Assembly (NCBI GenBank): GCA_035528375.1
Contig: DATKYS010000137.1
Span: 10,024-74,023, forward strand
Reading direction: 5' to 3'
Origin: a bacterium
Lineage (GTDB): Bacteria; RBG-13-66-14
Length of the DNA: 64,000 nucleotides
Both the position numbers and the translations under genes were made by a program. This document shows, in pieces, positions 43,714 through 54,534 of this stretch; the first letter of the stretch is position 1; the number at the start of each line of letters is the position of its first letter. Below the pieces are notes generated by a model. That model saw nothing but the letters and a program-made list of their open reading frames with translations. It was not told the origin of the DNA and made no database searches.

Positions 43714-46182
43714 ATGGGTTCCGTAAAAGCCAAGCACGCCAGGGCCGATGTGTTCACCCGGATCGGCGGGTGGTTCCGCCGCCTGTTCCAGCGTCCCGTG
43801 CCCGAAACCCTGGAGAGCGGTCTCTCCCATCCCGGGGTGGAGGCGAAGGCCGGGGTCCGCGCCCGGACGGGGGCTTTCTCCTGGCGGGTGGCCGGATACG
43901 TCGTCGTCATTTCATCTTTTTTCATCATCGGGTTGGGGCTCGGTCTGGTGCACGCCTTCTCCGGCGGGTTGCCGAAAATTTCCGGGCTGTGGAAGTTCGA
44001 GAGCTATCTGCCCACCGAGGTTTACGACGACAACGGCGAGCTGATCGCCACCTTCCTCGTAGAGCGACGTTACGTCGTGCAGATGAGCGAGATACCGGAC
44101 AACCTGGTCCAAGCAACCCTGGCCATCGAGGACCAGCGCTTCTACGAGCACTGGGGGATCAACGTATGGCGCACCGGCAAGGCGGCACTCATAGACCTGA
44201 TGGCCGGTGAGAAGCGCCAGGGCGCCTCGACCGTCACCCAGCAGCTGGCGCGAAACTACTTCCTCACCCTGGAGAAGAGCTGGGTGCGGAAAATCCGCGA
44301 GGCCATCCTGGCGGTCCAGATAGAGAAGGCCTACACCAAGGACGAGATACTCTACTTCTACCTGAACCAGATCTACTACGGGCACGGTTGCTACGGGGTG
44401 GAGGCCACATCGCGGTTCTTCTTCGGCAAGCACGCGCGGGAGCTGAGCCTGCCCGAGGCGGCGCTCATCGCCGGGCTGCCCCAGAACCCCGGCGGTTACT
44501 CGCCGTACTACCACCCCGAGCAGGCCAAGCTGCGACGGAACACGGTCCTTCTGATGATGGCCGACGTGGGGTACATCACCGAGGAGGAGCGGTCCTGGGC
44601 GGCGGCGCAGCCCATCGAGCTGGCCCAGCGTCGCCGCACCAAGTCGAAGGCCCCCTACTTCGTGGAGTACATCCGCTCCGAGCTGGAGAAGGAGTACGGC
44701 TCCAACGCCGTCTATCAGGCGGGGATGAAGGTCTACACCACCCTGGACTTGAGTATGCAGGAGCTGGCCGAAAAGCACGTGGCCCAGGGGCTGGAGCGGG
44801 TTCAGGAGCGCTGGAACTACAAGCCGTACCCCCGCAATGACAACCTCAAGATAGAGGACCTGGAGCTGGGGCAGATCCGCTCCGGAATCGTCACCGAGCG
44901 GGACGACGAGTTCGCCTACGTGGACCTGGGCGGCGGCATCACCGGCCGCATAGACATCACCCCCCTCTACTGGCACTGGCCCAACCCGCCCGAGGTGGAG
45001 ATTCAGGAGGGCGCCGAGATAGCGGTCAAGGTGACCAGCCTGGTGCGCTCCACGGGCCGGGTGGAGCTGTCCCTGGAGAAGAAACCCTACCCCCAGGCGG
45101 CGCTGGTTTCCGTAGACCCGCGGACGGGCTTCATCAAAGCCATGGTGGGCGGGTCGGACTATGACGAGAGCCAGTTCAACCGGGCCGTGTACGCCCGCCG
45201 GCAGCCCGGCTCGGCTTTCAAGGTCTTCGTGTACACCGCGGCCATAGACAACGGTTACACCGCCGCCGACACCCTTCTGGACAAGCCCTTCGTGGTCAAC
45301 GCCGACGGCGTGGTCTGGGCCCCGCACAACTACTCCATGGGCTACTCGGGTCGGCCGATGACCATCCGCACCGCCATCGCCATGTCCATCAACCTGGTGG
45401 CGGCGCGGCTGATTCTGGAGTTAGGCGTCGAGCCGGTGCGAACCTATGCCGAGCGCATGGGCATCCGCACCCCCATCGCCCACACATACTCCATCGCCCT
45501 GGGCTCCTCCGAGGTCACCCCCCTGGACATGGCCAGCGCCTTCGGCACCTTCGCCACCCTGGGCATCCACGTCGAGCCCACGGCGATAAAGCTCATCAAG
45601 GACCGCGACGGCAACGTCATCAAGGAGAACATCCCCCGGGCGGAGGTGGTCCTGCGGCGGGAGACGGCCTTCATCATGCGCTCCATGCTGCAGGGCACCA
45701 CGACCGGCGGCACCGCGGCCCGCGCCGGACGCACCTTAAAGCGCCCCTGCGCCGGAAAGACCGGCACCACCAACGAGGCGGGCGACTGCTGGTTCATCGG
45801 CTTCGTCCCCCAGCTCTGCACATCGGTCTGGGTCGGATTCGACGACCACACCTCCCTGGGCTACAACGCCACCGGCGAGTCCCATGCCGTCCCCCTCTGG
45901 AGCGACTACATGGCCGACGTGCTCCAGAACTACCCCGTCGAGGAGTTCTCCGTGCCCGAGGGGCTGAAGCTCCAGCGGTACGTGGTTTGCGGCGACTCGG
46001 GGCTCTTGGCCAACCCCGACTGCCCGCACAAGATAGGCGAGGACTTCATTGACGGCACCGCGCCCACGGCGTACTGCGACCTGCACGGCCCGGGGTCGCG
46101 GGACTTCATCGCCCACGACGCCGCCCTCGCCGCCGGTGAGACCGCGCCCGAGTACGGCTACCGGTACGATGAGGAGAAGTAG
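43714..46182 (+). CDS. mrcA: class A penicillin-binding protein (transglycosylase/transpeptidase)
   Basis: GT51 motifs AIEDQRFYEHWGI, GASTVTQQLARN and RKIREA. Transpeptidase motifs SAFKVF, SMN-type and KTGTTN. Confidence 0.92.
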   Translation: MGSVKAKHARADVFTRIGGWFRRLFQRPVPETLESGLSHPGVEAKAGVRARTGAFSWRVAGYVVVISSFFIIGLGLGLVHAFSGGLPKISGLWKFESYLPTEVYDDNGELIATFLVERRYVVQMSEIPDNLVQATLAIEDQRFYEHWGINVWRTGKAALIDLMAGEKRQGASTVTQQLARNYFLTLEKSWVRKIREAILAVQIEKAYTKDEILYFYLNQIYYGHGCYGVEATSRFFFGKHARELSLPEAALIAGLPQNPGGYSPYYHPEQAKLRRNTVLLMMADVGYITEEERSWAAAQPIELAQRRRTKSKAPYFVEYIRSELEKEYGSNAVYQAGMKVYTTLDLSMQELAEKHVAQGLERVQERWNYKPYPRNDNLKIEDLELGQIRSGIVTERDDEFAYVDLGGGITGRIDITPLYWHWPNPPEVEIQEGAEIAVKVTSLVRSTGRVELSLEKKPYPQAALVSVDPRTGFIKAMVGGSDYDESQFNRAVYARRQPGSAFKVFVYTAAIDNGYTAADTLLDKPFVVNADGVVWAPHNYSMGYSGRPMTIRTAIAMSINLVAARLILELGVEPVRTYAERMGIRTPIAHTYSIALGSSEVTPLDMASAFGTFATLGIHVEPTAIKLIKDRDGNVIKENIPRAEVVLRRETAFIMRSMLQGTTTGGTAARAGRTLKRPCAGKTGTTNEAGDCWFIGFVPQLCTSVWVGFDDHTSLGYNATGESHAVPLWSDYMADVLQNYPVEEFSVPEGLKLQRYVVCGDSGLLANPDCPHKIGEDFIDGTAPTAYCDLHGPGSRDFIAHDAALAAGETAPEYGYRYDEEK

Positions 46183-46252
46183 GCCTGGGCTTGGCGGTGA
46201 ATCGTAAATGCCAGAGACCTGTGGGTCGCCCGAATACCACGGGGGATAGAGA

Positions 46253-46822
46253 TTGGGCCTGACACCGGACGAGCAGCGTGCGGCCATCGTCCGCAACTTC
46301 CCCGCCAAGACCGGCCATGACCTGGCCTGGTGGGTTGACCTGCTGAAGAAGACAGGACCCGCGGGGAAGCGGGAGCGTACGGCCTGGCTCCAGGAAAATC
46401 ACGGCCTCGGCCAGCTCTACGCCCGGGCCGTCGTCGCCGGGACGGAGAAGACCGAGGGCCGCGTCGAGCCCACGTCCGAAGAGCTGGTTGACACCCAGTA
46501 CGCCGGGGCGAAGGCCGCCTTCCGTCCGATTCACGACCGGCTGGTGAAGTGGGCTCGGGCCGAGCTGCCCGACGTGCGTGTCAATCCCTGCCGGACCTAC
46601 GTCTCCCTCTTCCGCCGGCACCAGTTCGCGGTCATCGCGGTGAAGCGGGACGGTATCTATTTAGGTCTGGCGCTGCCCGGTGAGGAGCCGGGCGGGGCGT
46701 GGGAGCCGGCGAAGAATCTGGGCTGCGTGCGGATCACCCACCAGTTGAGGCTCGCCGAGGCGGGCGAGGTGGACGGCGGGGTGCTTTCCTGCTTGCGGCG
46801 GGCCTACGAGGCCGACGTCTGA
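46253..46822 (+). CDS. DUF4287 + DUF5655 domain protein
   Basis: FPAKTGHDLAWWVDLLKK...WLQENHGLGQLYARAVV, then CRTYVSLFRRHQFAVI. TTG start. Confidence 0.65.
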   Translation: MGLTPDEQRAAIVRNFPAKTGHDLAWWVDLLKKTGPAGKRERTAWLQENHGLGQLYARAVVAGTEKTEGRVEPTSEELVDTQYAGAKAAFRPIHDRLVKWARAELPDVRVNPCRTYVSLFRRHQFAVIAVKRDGIYLGLALPGEEPGGAWEPAKNLGCVRITHQLRLAEAGEVDGGVLSCLRRAYEADV

Positions 46823-46830
46823 GGAGTCGA

Positions 46831-48138
46831 ATGCGCTTGTTCCGGGCGGAAATTCTCTTTTTTGTATTCTGCGGCGCGGCGCTGGGGGCTACCGTCCAAA
46901 GGGTGGACTACGACCCACAGAGCCGCACGGTGCGCGTCGCAGTCCAGTCCGATACCGAGCCCACGTACAAGGATTTCGAGCTCCCCGACCCCGACCGCGT
47001 GGTCCTGGACCTGGAAAACGCATCCTTCCCCGCGAACAAATTCGAGGCCACCGTGGGCGACGGACTGGTGGCCGGTCTCCGCGCCGCCCAGAACTCCGTT
47101 GATCCCGCCGTGACCCGGGTCGTGGTGGACCTGGAGGCCGGCGTTTCGGGCTACACGGTGGGCATTACCGGTTCGGCGCCCTCCTGGTCGGTCAACCTCA
47201 CCGTCATCCCCGCCGGGAGCGTCGTCGCGGTGGAGACCGAGGCTAGGCTCATCGAGGAGGCGACCCTGGAGCCGCACGTGCTCCCCGGGGAGGAGCCGCC
47301 CCCGAAGGAGGCCCTCGTTTTCGCCGCCAGCCCCACCCCGGTGCGCGAATCGCCGGCCTCCAACGCCCGCCGGGTGAGCGAGGGGCTGGCCGGGGAGCGG
47401 GTCGAGGCCGTGGCCGAGCTGGGTGGGTGGCGCCTGGTCATCCTCACCGAGCAGGACGGCCTGGCCGGGTGGGTGCCCTCCTCTTCCCTCGTCACGGAGG
47501 GGAAGGTGGAGCGCGACGACGGCTCCGTGCGCGCGGTGCCCAATCCCCGCACCCCTCCCCCCGGCACCCCCCAGACCCCCCAGCCGAACCGGGCCCCGCT
47601 GCGCACCGAGGCCACCGATGGCTCGGCCATCATCGCCCACCTCTCCGCCGACACATCTTTCCGGGCGTACCGCCGCCGGGAGGGCTGGTATTTCGTTCAG
47701 CTCGAGGACGGCCGCGCCGGGTGGGTCGCCGCGCGGTACGTCGAGCTCGAGACCGCCGGTCCCGGCGAGGCCTGGCGCCAGGCCGTCGTGGCCACCGCAG
47801 AGAGTTACCTGGGCTCGCCCTACGTCTGGGGCGGCACCTCGAGCTCGGGCTTCGACTGCTCCGGCCTCGTGTGGCGCGTCTACAAGCAGAACGGTATCGA
47901 GGTCCCCCGCACCGCCGGCCCCCAGTACCGCGAGGGGCGGCGCGTCACCCGCGACGTACTCCTGCCCGGAGACCTGGTCTTCTTCTCCACCTACAGCGCC
48001 GGACCCAGCCACGTAGGCATCTACGCCGGGGACGACCGCTTCATTCAGGCCGACTCCTCCGACGGCGTCCGCTACTCCGACCTGGACGGCGTGTACTGGA
48101 ATGACCACATCTACGGCTACTCCCGCTGGACGCCGTGA
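46831..48138 (+). CDS. cell-wall hydrolase: AMIN + two SH3b + NlpC/P60
   Basis: AMIN-like VRVAVQSDTEPTYKDFELPDPDRVVLDLENASF. SH3b segments (GWRLVILTEQDGLAGWVP, EGWYFVQLEDGRAGWVA). NlpC/P60 motifs YVWGGTSSSGFDCSGLV and SHVGIY. Confidence 0.87.
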   Translation: MRLFRAEILFFVFCGAALGATVQRVDYDPQSRTVRVAVQSDTEPTYKDFELPDPDRVVLDLENASFPANKFEATVGDGLVAGLRAAQNSVDPAVTRVVVDLEAGVSGYTVGITGSAPSWSVNLTVIPAGSVVAVETEARLIEEATLEPHVLPGEEPPPKEALVFAASPTPVRESPASNARRVSEGLAGERVEAVAELGGWRLVILTEQDGLAGWVPSSSLVTEGKVERDDGSVRAVPNPRTPPPGTPQTPQPNRAPLRTEATDGSAIIAHLSADTSFRAYRRREGWYFVQLEDGRAGWVAARYVELETAGPGEAWRQAVVATAESYLGSPYVWGGTSSSGFDCSGLVWRVYKQNGIEVPRTAGPQYREGRRVTRDVLLPGDLVFFSTYSAGPSHVGIYAGDDRFIQADSSDGVRYSDLDGVYWNDHIYGYSRWTP

Positions 48139-49682
48139 GCGAGCTCGAACTAAAGGAACGTCATCCGATCTACCGCTTCGCCGGCTGGGCCGGCCTGGCC
48201 CTTTTGTGCATCCTGGTCGCCTTCACCTTCACCTACTTCGCCTACACCCGCCGGTTCATGATCGGGCTCTTGGCCACGGCGGCCCTGATAGCGCCCGCGG
48301 CGCTTTTTCTCGTCTTCGCCCACGAGAAGGCGAGGCTGTGGTGGGCGAGGATTCTGGTCGCCCTCATGCCCCTCGGCCTCCTTTTCCGGTTCGGCAGCGA
48401 CGAGTTCTACTTCACGCCCGCGCTCTTCATGTTCCTCATCAACCTCTTCGTGATCGTCCTCGACAAGCTGCAGGGATACGAGGGGGAGAAGCCTAAACCC
48501 ACGCCGCTCTCCAAGCCGCTGGGTATATGGCTGGTCACGATCATCTTCTCCACCCTCGTCAGCCGGTTCGCCGTCCACGGGGTGCTCGAGCTCATCCCCC
48601 TCCTCCTGGCCTCCACGGTCTACGTTTACGTCCGCCTCTACATCCGCGACGAGCGGGAGCTCGAGAGCCTGATCAAAGCCTTCACCGTGGGGGCCTGTTA
48701 CTCCCTCGGCTCGGGGTACTTCGAGCTCATCAAGGGCGTGACCTACACGGCGGACCTCTCCCACGAGAGCCAGTCCATATCGATGTACGCGGACGTGTTC
48801 CGGGTTGACGGGAGCTTCTACTCACCCAACTCCTTCGTCTACTTCAGCGCGTCCTGCGCCCTTTTGTACAGCGTCATGTTCTTCTACTGGCGGAACTGGC
48901 GCTGGAAAGTATTCTCACTCGTCCTGGCCCTTTCCGGGGCGGTCCTCTCCATCTTCACCTACTCCCGCGGAGGCGTCTTCGGTCTGGCCGCCGGCATCCT
49001 GTTTCTCACCCTGGCGCTGCCGCCTCCCAAAAAGCGCCTGAAGCTCTACCTGGTGGTTGTCCCCCTCGCGCTGGCAGTGGCCCTCTGCGTCACGATACCG
49101 GTCCTGGGGTCCAGGGGGGCGGGGCTCGTTGACCCCCAGGAGCTTCAGCAGGTCGTGGTTAGCACCGAGTCGGCGGGGCAGGTGGCGGACATCACCTCAT
49201 CGCTCGCCAGGCCGATAATGTGGTACCGGTCCTTCGAGTTCTGGATGAATAGTCCGGTATGGGGAATCGGCCACTCGAACTTCGAGGGGTATTTCAACCC
49301 GGTCATGCCGTATATGTTCCGCATGTTCGGGTTTTACCCCAGGCACCCGCACAACATCTTCATCTACGCTCTTCTTTCGACGGGGCTCATCGGGCTCGGG
49401 TGCCTCATCACCATCGTCGTCAAGCTGAGCAGGTACACGTTGGGCGGCATACGGCACCGCGGGACGTTCATCGGCTACCTTTCCATCGCCCTCGGCAGCA
49501 TCTGGCTTCTCACCTTCATCCAGGGGATGGTGGACGCGATTTTCGTTCTTCCCCTGACCATACCCATAGCCGGTTCCTTCTTCTTATTCCTCGCTTCGAG
49601 CACCTTCGTGATGGACGCGGTGAAGGAGCGTCTCGCGCTGGAAAAAACTACTTCCCGGGAAACGCCCGCAATCGGACCGTAG
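48135..49682 (+). CDS. O-antigen ligase / Wzy_C-family polytopic membrane protein
   Basis: About 12 TM helices. YSRGGVFGLAAGILFL and PHNIFIYALLSTGLIG are typical of the O-antigen ligase domain. GTGA overlap with the upstream stop. Confidence 0.75.
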   Translation: MSELELKERHPIYRFAGWAGLALLCILVAFTFTYFAYTRRFMIGLLATAALIAPAALFLVFAHEKARLWWARILVALMPLGLLFRFGSDEFYFTPALFMFLINLFVIVLDKLQGYEGEKPKPTPLSKPLGIWLVTIIFSTLVSRFAVHGVLELIPLLLASTVYVYVRLYIRDERELESLIKAFTVGACYSLGSGYFELIKGVTYTADLSHESQSISMYADVFRVDGSFYSPNSFVYFSASCALLYSVMFFYWRNWRWKVFSLVLALSGAVLSIFTYSRGGVFGLAAGILFLTLALPPPKKRLKLYLVVVPLALAVALCVTIPVLGSRGAGLVDPQELQQVVVSTESAGQVADITSSLARPIMWYRSFEFWMNSPVWGIGHSNFEGYFNPVMPYMFRMFGFYPRHPHNIFIYALLSTGLIGLGCLITIVVKLSRYTLGGIRHRGTFIGYLSIALGSIWLLTFIQGMVDAIFVLPLTIPIAGSFFLFLASSTFVMDAVKERLALEKTTSRETPAIGP

Positions 49683-49735
49683 TGAATGGATTCCCCGGAG
49701 GCCCCCTGGATATATGGTCCCCCCGGGACAACCGC

Positions 49736-49765
49736 TTGACAACCCAACCCGTCCCCTGCTAGCCT
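49736..49765 (+). promoter_or_regulatory. sigma70-type promoter for ileS
   Basis: TTGACA-N18-TAGCCT. The -35 context CTTGACAACCCA is shared with the tRNA-Val promoter. Confidence 0.45.
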
Positions 49766-49893
49766 GTCCCCTACTTTTTGCCGGGGGCATAGCTCGCTCT
49801 GCTCGGTTTACGGCTTCGCCGTCGCAGTTACGCCGAGGGCGTTGCTTCGTTTCGCGTGGGGTATATTCGTTCTGCGATTAAAAGGGTGCGACG

Positions 49894-52722
49894 ATGGGAG
49901 AGAAGACCTATAAGGACTCGCTCAACCTGCCGGTTAGCGATTTCCCCATGCGGGCCGGTCTGCCCACGAGGGAGCCGGAAAGACTGGCCCACTGGGAGGA
50001 AATCGGCATCTACGCGTTGTTGCGGGAGAAAGCAAAGGGGAAGCCCTCCTACATCCTCCACGACGGGCCGCCGTACGCCAACGGCGAGGTTCACGCCGGA
50101 ACCGCGCTGAACAAAGTCCTCAAGGACGTCATCGTCAAGTACAAGTCCATGCGCGGTTTCGACACCCCCTACGTGCCTGGCTGGGACTGCCACGGCATGC
50201 CCATCGAGCACAAGGTGGCCCGGGAGCTGGGTGATAAATTCCGCGAGATGTCCATCGGCGACGTGCGCCGGGAGTGCAGAAAATTCGCGCTCGGTTTCGT
50301 GGACACCATGCGCGGCCAGTTCAAGCGCCTGGGCGTCTTCGGCCTCTGGGAGAGGCCCTACCTGACCCTGGACCGCGATTACGAGGCCACGGTGCTCGAT
50401 GCCTTCCGGGGGCTGGTGGAGAAGGGTTACGTCTACAAGGGGCTCCGCCCTGTGTTCTGGTGCGCCAGTTGCGAGACGGCGCTGGCCGACGCCGAGGTGG
50501 AGTATAAAGACCACTCCAGCCACTCCATCTACGTCCGCTTCCCGGTCGTCCGCGATCCGGACGGTGTTTTCTCGGGGGGCCACGACGGCGCGTACGCCCT
50601 CATCTGGACCACCACCCCCTGGACCCTGCCGGCCAACGTGGCGGTGGCGGTTCACCCCCGGCTGCGCTACCTGGTGGTGGAGCACTCGGGGGAGCGCTAC
50701 CTCATCGCCGAGGGGCTTTTTGGCCAGGTCTGTCGTGACCTGGGGTGGAGCGGGGTGAAAGAGGTTCATGCGCTCATGGGTGAGGAGCTTTTACGACTGG
50801 TGTGCCGCCACCCCTTCCTGGAGCGTGATTCCGTCTTCGTGCCCGCAGACTACGTCACCCTGGAGCAGGGTACGGGGCTGGTCCACACCGCCCCGGGGCA
50901 CGGGGCCGAGGACTTCCACACCGGGCGGGAGCACGATCTGCCGGTGCTGGTGCCGGTGGACCACGCCGGGCGCTTCACCGACGAGGTTGGGCTCTGGGCC
51001 GGCATGAACGTCTTCGAGGCCAACGGGCCCATCCTCGAGCACATGCGCGGCAACGGCTCGCTCCTTTACGCCGGGGAGCTCGTCCACTCCTACCCCCACT
51101 GCTGGCGCTGCAAGGAGCCGGTGATATTCCGCGCCACCGAACAGTGGTTCCTGGACGTGGACCACGACGACCTGCGGAAGCGGTGCCTGGAGGTGGTGGA
51201 TCGGGTTGACTGGGTCCCGGTCTGGGGGCGGGAGCGCATGGCCAGCATGCTCGAGCTGCGCCCGGACTGGTGCCTCTCCCGCCAGCGGAGATGGGGGGTG
51301 CCGATTCCCGGACTCTACTGCACCGTGTGCGGCGAGCTGGTGCTGGACGCGCGGGTGGCCGCCCTGGCCCGGGACCTCGCGGCCGAGAAGGGCTCGGACG
51401 CCTGGTTCACCGAGCCCATCGAGAGCCTCGTCCCACCGGGGCTGGTCTGTCCGAAGTGCGGCGCCGGGGGCTTCAGGCGCGAGACCGACATCCTCGACGT
51501 CTGGTTCGAGAGCGGTGTGAGCCACCTCGCCGTCCTCAAGCGCGCCCAGGACGGCCTCGTCTGGCCCTCGGACATGTACCTGGAGGGGAGCGACCAGTAC
51601 CGCGGCTGGTTCCAGGTCTCGCTCCTGACCGGCATGGCCCTGAAGGGCGAGCCGCCCTACGGCCGGGTGCTGACGCACGGGTGGGTGCTGGACGCCCTAG
51701 GCCGGGCGATGCACAAGAGCCTCGGCAACGCCATCCTGCCCGAGACCATCATCGGTGAATACGGCGCCGACATCCTGCGCCTGTGGGCCACGTCGGCCGA
51801 TTACAAGAGCGACATCAGCCTGGGGGATGAGGTACTCAGGCGGAACACCGACGCCTATCGCCGCATCCGCAACACCTGGCGCTTCCTCCTGGGCAACCTC
51901 CACGATTTCGACCCGACCGCGGATGCGGTGGCCGAGTCAGAACTTTTCGAGATAGACCGCTGGGCGCTGCACCGGCTGGCCGAGGTGGCGGACAGGGTGA
52001 CGAAGGCTTACGAGAACCTGGAATTTTACCGGGTGTACCACCTCGTCTACAACTTCTGCACGGTGGACCTGTCGGCAGTGTACCTGGACGTGCTGAAGGA
52101 CCGGCTGTACTGTTCGGCCGCGGATTCACCCGAGCGCCGGGCGGCCCAGACCGCGCTCTTCGTCATCGCCGACGCGCTGGCCCGGCTGACGGCGCCGATT
52201 CTCGTCTTCACCGCCGAGGAGCTCTGGGAGCAGTTGCCCGGCGAGCGTGAGGCGTCGGTCCACCTGGCCGACTGGCCGGACTTGTCCGAGTGGATAAACG
52301 AAAAGATAGCCAAGCGGTGGGAGCACCTATTACTGACGAGGGATGGAACTCCGGGATTCAACACCTGGATGGAGGAGTTCAGGTCTGCCGGGCGCAACTC
52401 TCTTGAGGCCGCGGTGGAGCTGATCCCTCAGGAGCGAGGAACCTATGAGAGGTTGAAAGAATGTGGTGAGAAAAACTTGATGGACCTGTTCATCGTCTCC
52501 TCACTGGCAATCCATGAGCCGGCCGATGAAACCGGTGAGGAGATAAACTCACCGTGGATTCAGTACACTCTCGATGGCGTGAACTACGTTATCGGTTTGA
52601 AAATAACCGAGGCCGAAGGCGACAAGTGCCCGCGCTGCTGGCACGTCGAGACGCTGGTGCCGGGCCTGCCCGGGGAGCCTGAGGTCTGCCGCCGCTGCGC
52701 CCGCGAGCTGGGGGTGGGCTGA
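49894..52722 (+). CDS. ileS: isoleucine-tRNA ligase (type 1, zinc-binding C-terminus)
   Basis: HIGH-type PPYANGEVHAGTA, a KMSKS-equivalent MHKSLGN, a CP1 editing region, and C-terminal CPRCWH...CRRC. Confidence 0.97.
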   Translation: MGEKTYKDSLNLPVSDFPMRAGLPTREPERLAHWEEIGIYALLREKAKGKPSYILHDGPPYANGEVHAGTALNKVLKDVIVKYKSMRGFDTPYVPGWDCHGMPIEHKVARELGDKFREMSIGDVRRECRKFALGFVDTMRGQFKRLGVFGLWERPYLTLDRDYEATVLDAFRGLVEKGYVYKGLRPVFWCASCETALADAEVEYKDHSSHSIYVRFPVVRDPDGVFSGGHDGAYALIWTTTPWTLPANVAVAVHPRLRYLVVEHSGERYLIAEGLFGQVCRDLGWSGVKEVHALMGEELLRLVCRHPFLERDSVFVPADYVTLEQGTGLVHTAPGHGAEDFHTGREHDLPVLVPVDHAGRFTDEVGLWAGMNVFEANGPILEHMRGNGSLLYAGELVHSYPHCWRCKEPVIFRATEQWFLDVDHDDLRKRCLEVVDRVDWVPVWGRERMASMLELRPDWCLSRQRRWGVPIPGLYCTVCGELVLDARVAALARDLAAEKGSDAWFTEPIESLVPPGLVCPKCGAGGFRRETDILDVWFESGVSHLAVLKRAQDGLVWPSDMYLEGSDQYRGWFQVSLLTGMALKGEPPYGRVLTHGWVLDALGRAMHKSLGNAILPETIIGEYGADILRLWATSADYKSDISLGDEVLRRNTDAYRRIRNTWRFLLGNLHDFDPTADAVAESELFEIDRWALHRLAEVADRVTKAYENLEFYRVYHLVYNFCTVDLSAVYLDVLKDRLYCSAADSPERRAAQTALFVIADALARLTAPILVFTAEELWEQLPGEREASVHLADWPDLSEWINEKIAKRWEHLLLTRDGTPGFNTWMEEFRSAGRNSLEAAVELIPQERGTYERLKECGEKNLMDLFIVSSLAIHEPADETGEEINSPWIQYTLDGVNYVIGLKITEAEGDKCPRCWHVETLVPGLPGEPEVCRRCARELGVG

Positions 52723-53246
52723 TGCCCTGGCCGGGGTGGAAATCCTTCGGGGAAACGCTGAAGGGACGGAGCCTGGCGCTCTGGCTCGCTCTGGTGGCGC
52801 TCGTCATTGATCAGGCGTCCAAGATCGCCATCACGCTGACCATTCCTCAGCGTCACGGTGTGATAGTCATTCCCGGTTTCTTCAACCTGGTGCACGGTCA
52901 GAACTCCGGCGTGGTTTGGGGATTCATGCGGGGCGTGCCGGGCATGGCCTACGTCTTCATGGCGATCCAGGCCCTGGTCTCCCTGGCTATGGTCGCCTGG
53001 CTCGGCCTGGGCCGGGATATCAGCAAGCTGCAGCTCTGGGGCTTCGGTTTCATCCTGGGCGGGGCGCTCGGCAACCTCGTGGACCGCATCCGCCTGGGCG
53101 GCGTGGTGGATTTTCTGGACTTCAAGTTCGGCAGCTTCACCTGGCCGACCTTCAACGCGGCCGACACCTGCGTGGTGGTGGGGGTCGGGCTCGTCATCCT
53201 CAGCCTCATCATCGCCGAGGTTCGCTCGCACAAAAAAAAGACGTAG
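52722..53246 (+). CDS. lspA: lipoprotein signal peptidase (SPase II)
   Basis: TGATG overlap with ileS. NSGVVWGF, GNLVDR and FNAADTCVVVG motifs. Confidence 0.9.
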   Translation: MPWPGWKSFGETLKGRSLALWLALVALVIDQASKIAITLTIPQRHGVIVIPGFFNLVHGQNSGVVWGFMRGVPGMAYVFMAIQALVSLAMVAWLGLGRDISKLQLWGFGFILGGALGNLVDRIRLGGVVDFLDFKFGSFTWPTFNAADTCVVVGVGLVILSLIIAEVRSHKKKT

Positions 53247-53308
53247 GGGGGATTGCGCCGGGACGGGCTTCGGGATGCCTTTTCATCGTTCATGACTTTC
53301 GGGGGGGC

Positions 53309-53337
53309 TTGCCAAGGTCCCCCTTTTGGTCTATATA
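53309..53337 (+). promoter_or_regulatory. sigma70-type promoter for the second M23 gene
   Basis: TTGCCA-N17-TATATA, 43 nt before the TTG at 53380. Confidence 0.5.
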
Positions 53338-53379
53338 TTAAGTGGGTGTTAATCCGGTTAAGAATTTCCTCCGGTCCTA

Positions 53380-54534
53380 TTGTCCTTGCCACGGCGCTGT
53401 GTTAGACTTGACGGTAATCTAGGGATTGGGCACTCGGCCTGGGAGCGGGATAGATCCAACTGGGATGCGACGTTGAAGCTCCGGGGATTCACGATTCTGG
53501 TGGAGAACCACCGCGGACGGGATATCCGCCGTTCCCGGCTTTCCGCCACGCTCCTCACCTTCGTGGGGGTCCTGGTTCTGGCCGCAATAACCGGCGTCGT
53601 CATCTTCGCCTTCCTCTACTTCGTCCGCCTCTCCGAGCACGGGGAGCTCCTCCGCCTGACATACCGCGACATCCGCCAACGGCAGAGCCTCAACCGAGGC
53701 AAGGATCAGCTCCGGTACATGGTGGATGAGGCGACGGAACTGGAAGGGATCAACGACGCCGTGCGGCTGGTGCGCGGTTTTTCCCCCGGCCTGCCTGACG
53801 AGACCGGCATCGGCGGTCCCGAGCTCGGTCAGGCACTGACCGAGGGCAACCAACTGAAGGTCGAGGTTCTGCAGGCGCGGGCCATTCTCGACCGCCAGGT
53901 GAACCAGTTCGATGAACTGGTCCGGCTGACCCGTGGGCAGGAGGACATGCTGGTCCACTTCCCCTCGATCAACCCCGTACCCAACGGCCGCAACGTGTCC
54001 GGTTTCGGATACCGGCGCGATCCGATCAACTTCGGGATCGAGTTCCATAACGGCGTGGACCTGGTCGCGCCCCACGGATCGCCGATCGTGGCCGCCGCGG
54101 ACGGCGTCGTCGTGGTGGCAAGGTTCGCCGGAGCCTATGGTCTCCTGGTGCGCGTGGATCACGGGTACGGTTTCCAGACCCGCTACGCCCACTGCTCCAG
54201 CGCCTTCGTCAAGCCCGGAGACGTGGTCCGCCGCGGCGAGGTCATCGCCGCCATAGGCGCAACCGGCCGCGCCACCGGCAACCACTGCCATTACGAGGTT
54301 CTGCGCGACGGGGTGAACGTGGACCCGGCGCTCTTCATCATGGGGGATCAGGACCCGATCAGACGCCGCCTCCTCCCCGTATTCCCGGCCGCCGCCGAGG
54401 TCACGGAAGATACACAGATTCCGCTGGCCCCCCACGACCTGATCGAGTGCGACCGGCTGCTCAACCCCGAGCTGGAAGACCCCATCAGCTTCGAACCGCT
54501 CCTCCCCAAGCCGGAACCGCTCTCCTCGAAGTAG
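53380..54534 (+). CDS. M23 (LytM-type) peptidase paralog with N-terminal TM and coiled coil
   Basis: HNGVDLVAPHGSPIVAAADGVV...RYAHCS...GATGRATGNHCHYEV. The N-terminal ATLKL...RDIRRSR parallels the other M23 protein. TTG start, somewhat uncertain. Confidence 0.8.
   Translation: MSLPRRCVRLDGNLGIGHSAWERDRSNWDATLKLRGFTILVENHRGRDIRRSRLSATLLTFVGVLVLAAITGVVIFAFLYFVRLSEHGELLRLTYRDIRQRQSLNRGKDQLRYMVDEATELEGINDAVRLVRGFSPGLPDETGIGGPELGQALTEGNQLKVEVLQARAILDRQVNQFDELVRLTRGQEDMLVHFPSINPVPNGRNVSGFGYRRDPINFGIEFHNGVDLVAPHGSPIVAAADGVVVVARFAGAYGLLVRVDHGYGFQTRYAHCSSAFVKPGDVVRRGEVIAAIGATGRATGNHCHYEVLRDGVNVDPALFIMGDQDPIRRRLLPVFPAAAEVTEDTQIPLAPHDLIECDRLLNPELEDPISFEPLLPKPEPLSSK

Noticed and set aside
49868-49893. 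T-box-like AAAAGGGTGCGACG just upstream of ileS
   Set aside because: The match to the T-box consensus is only partial. It abuts the start codon, where it more likely serves as the ribosome-binding region, and no specifier or antiterminator architecture is visible.
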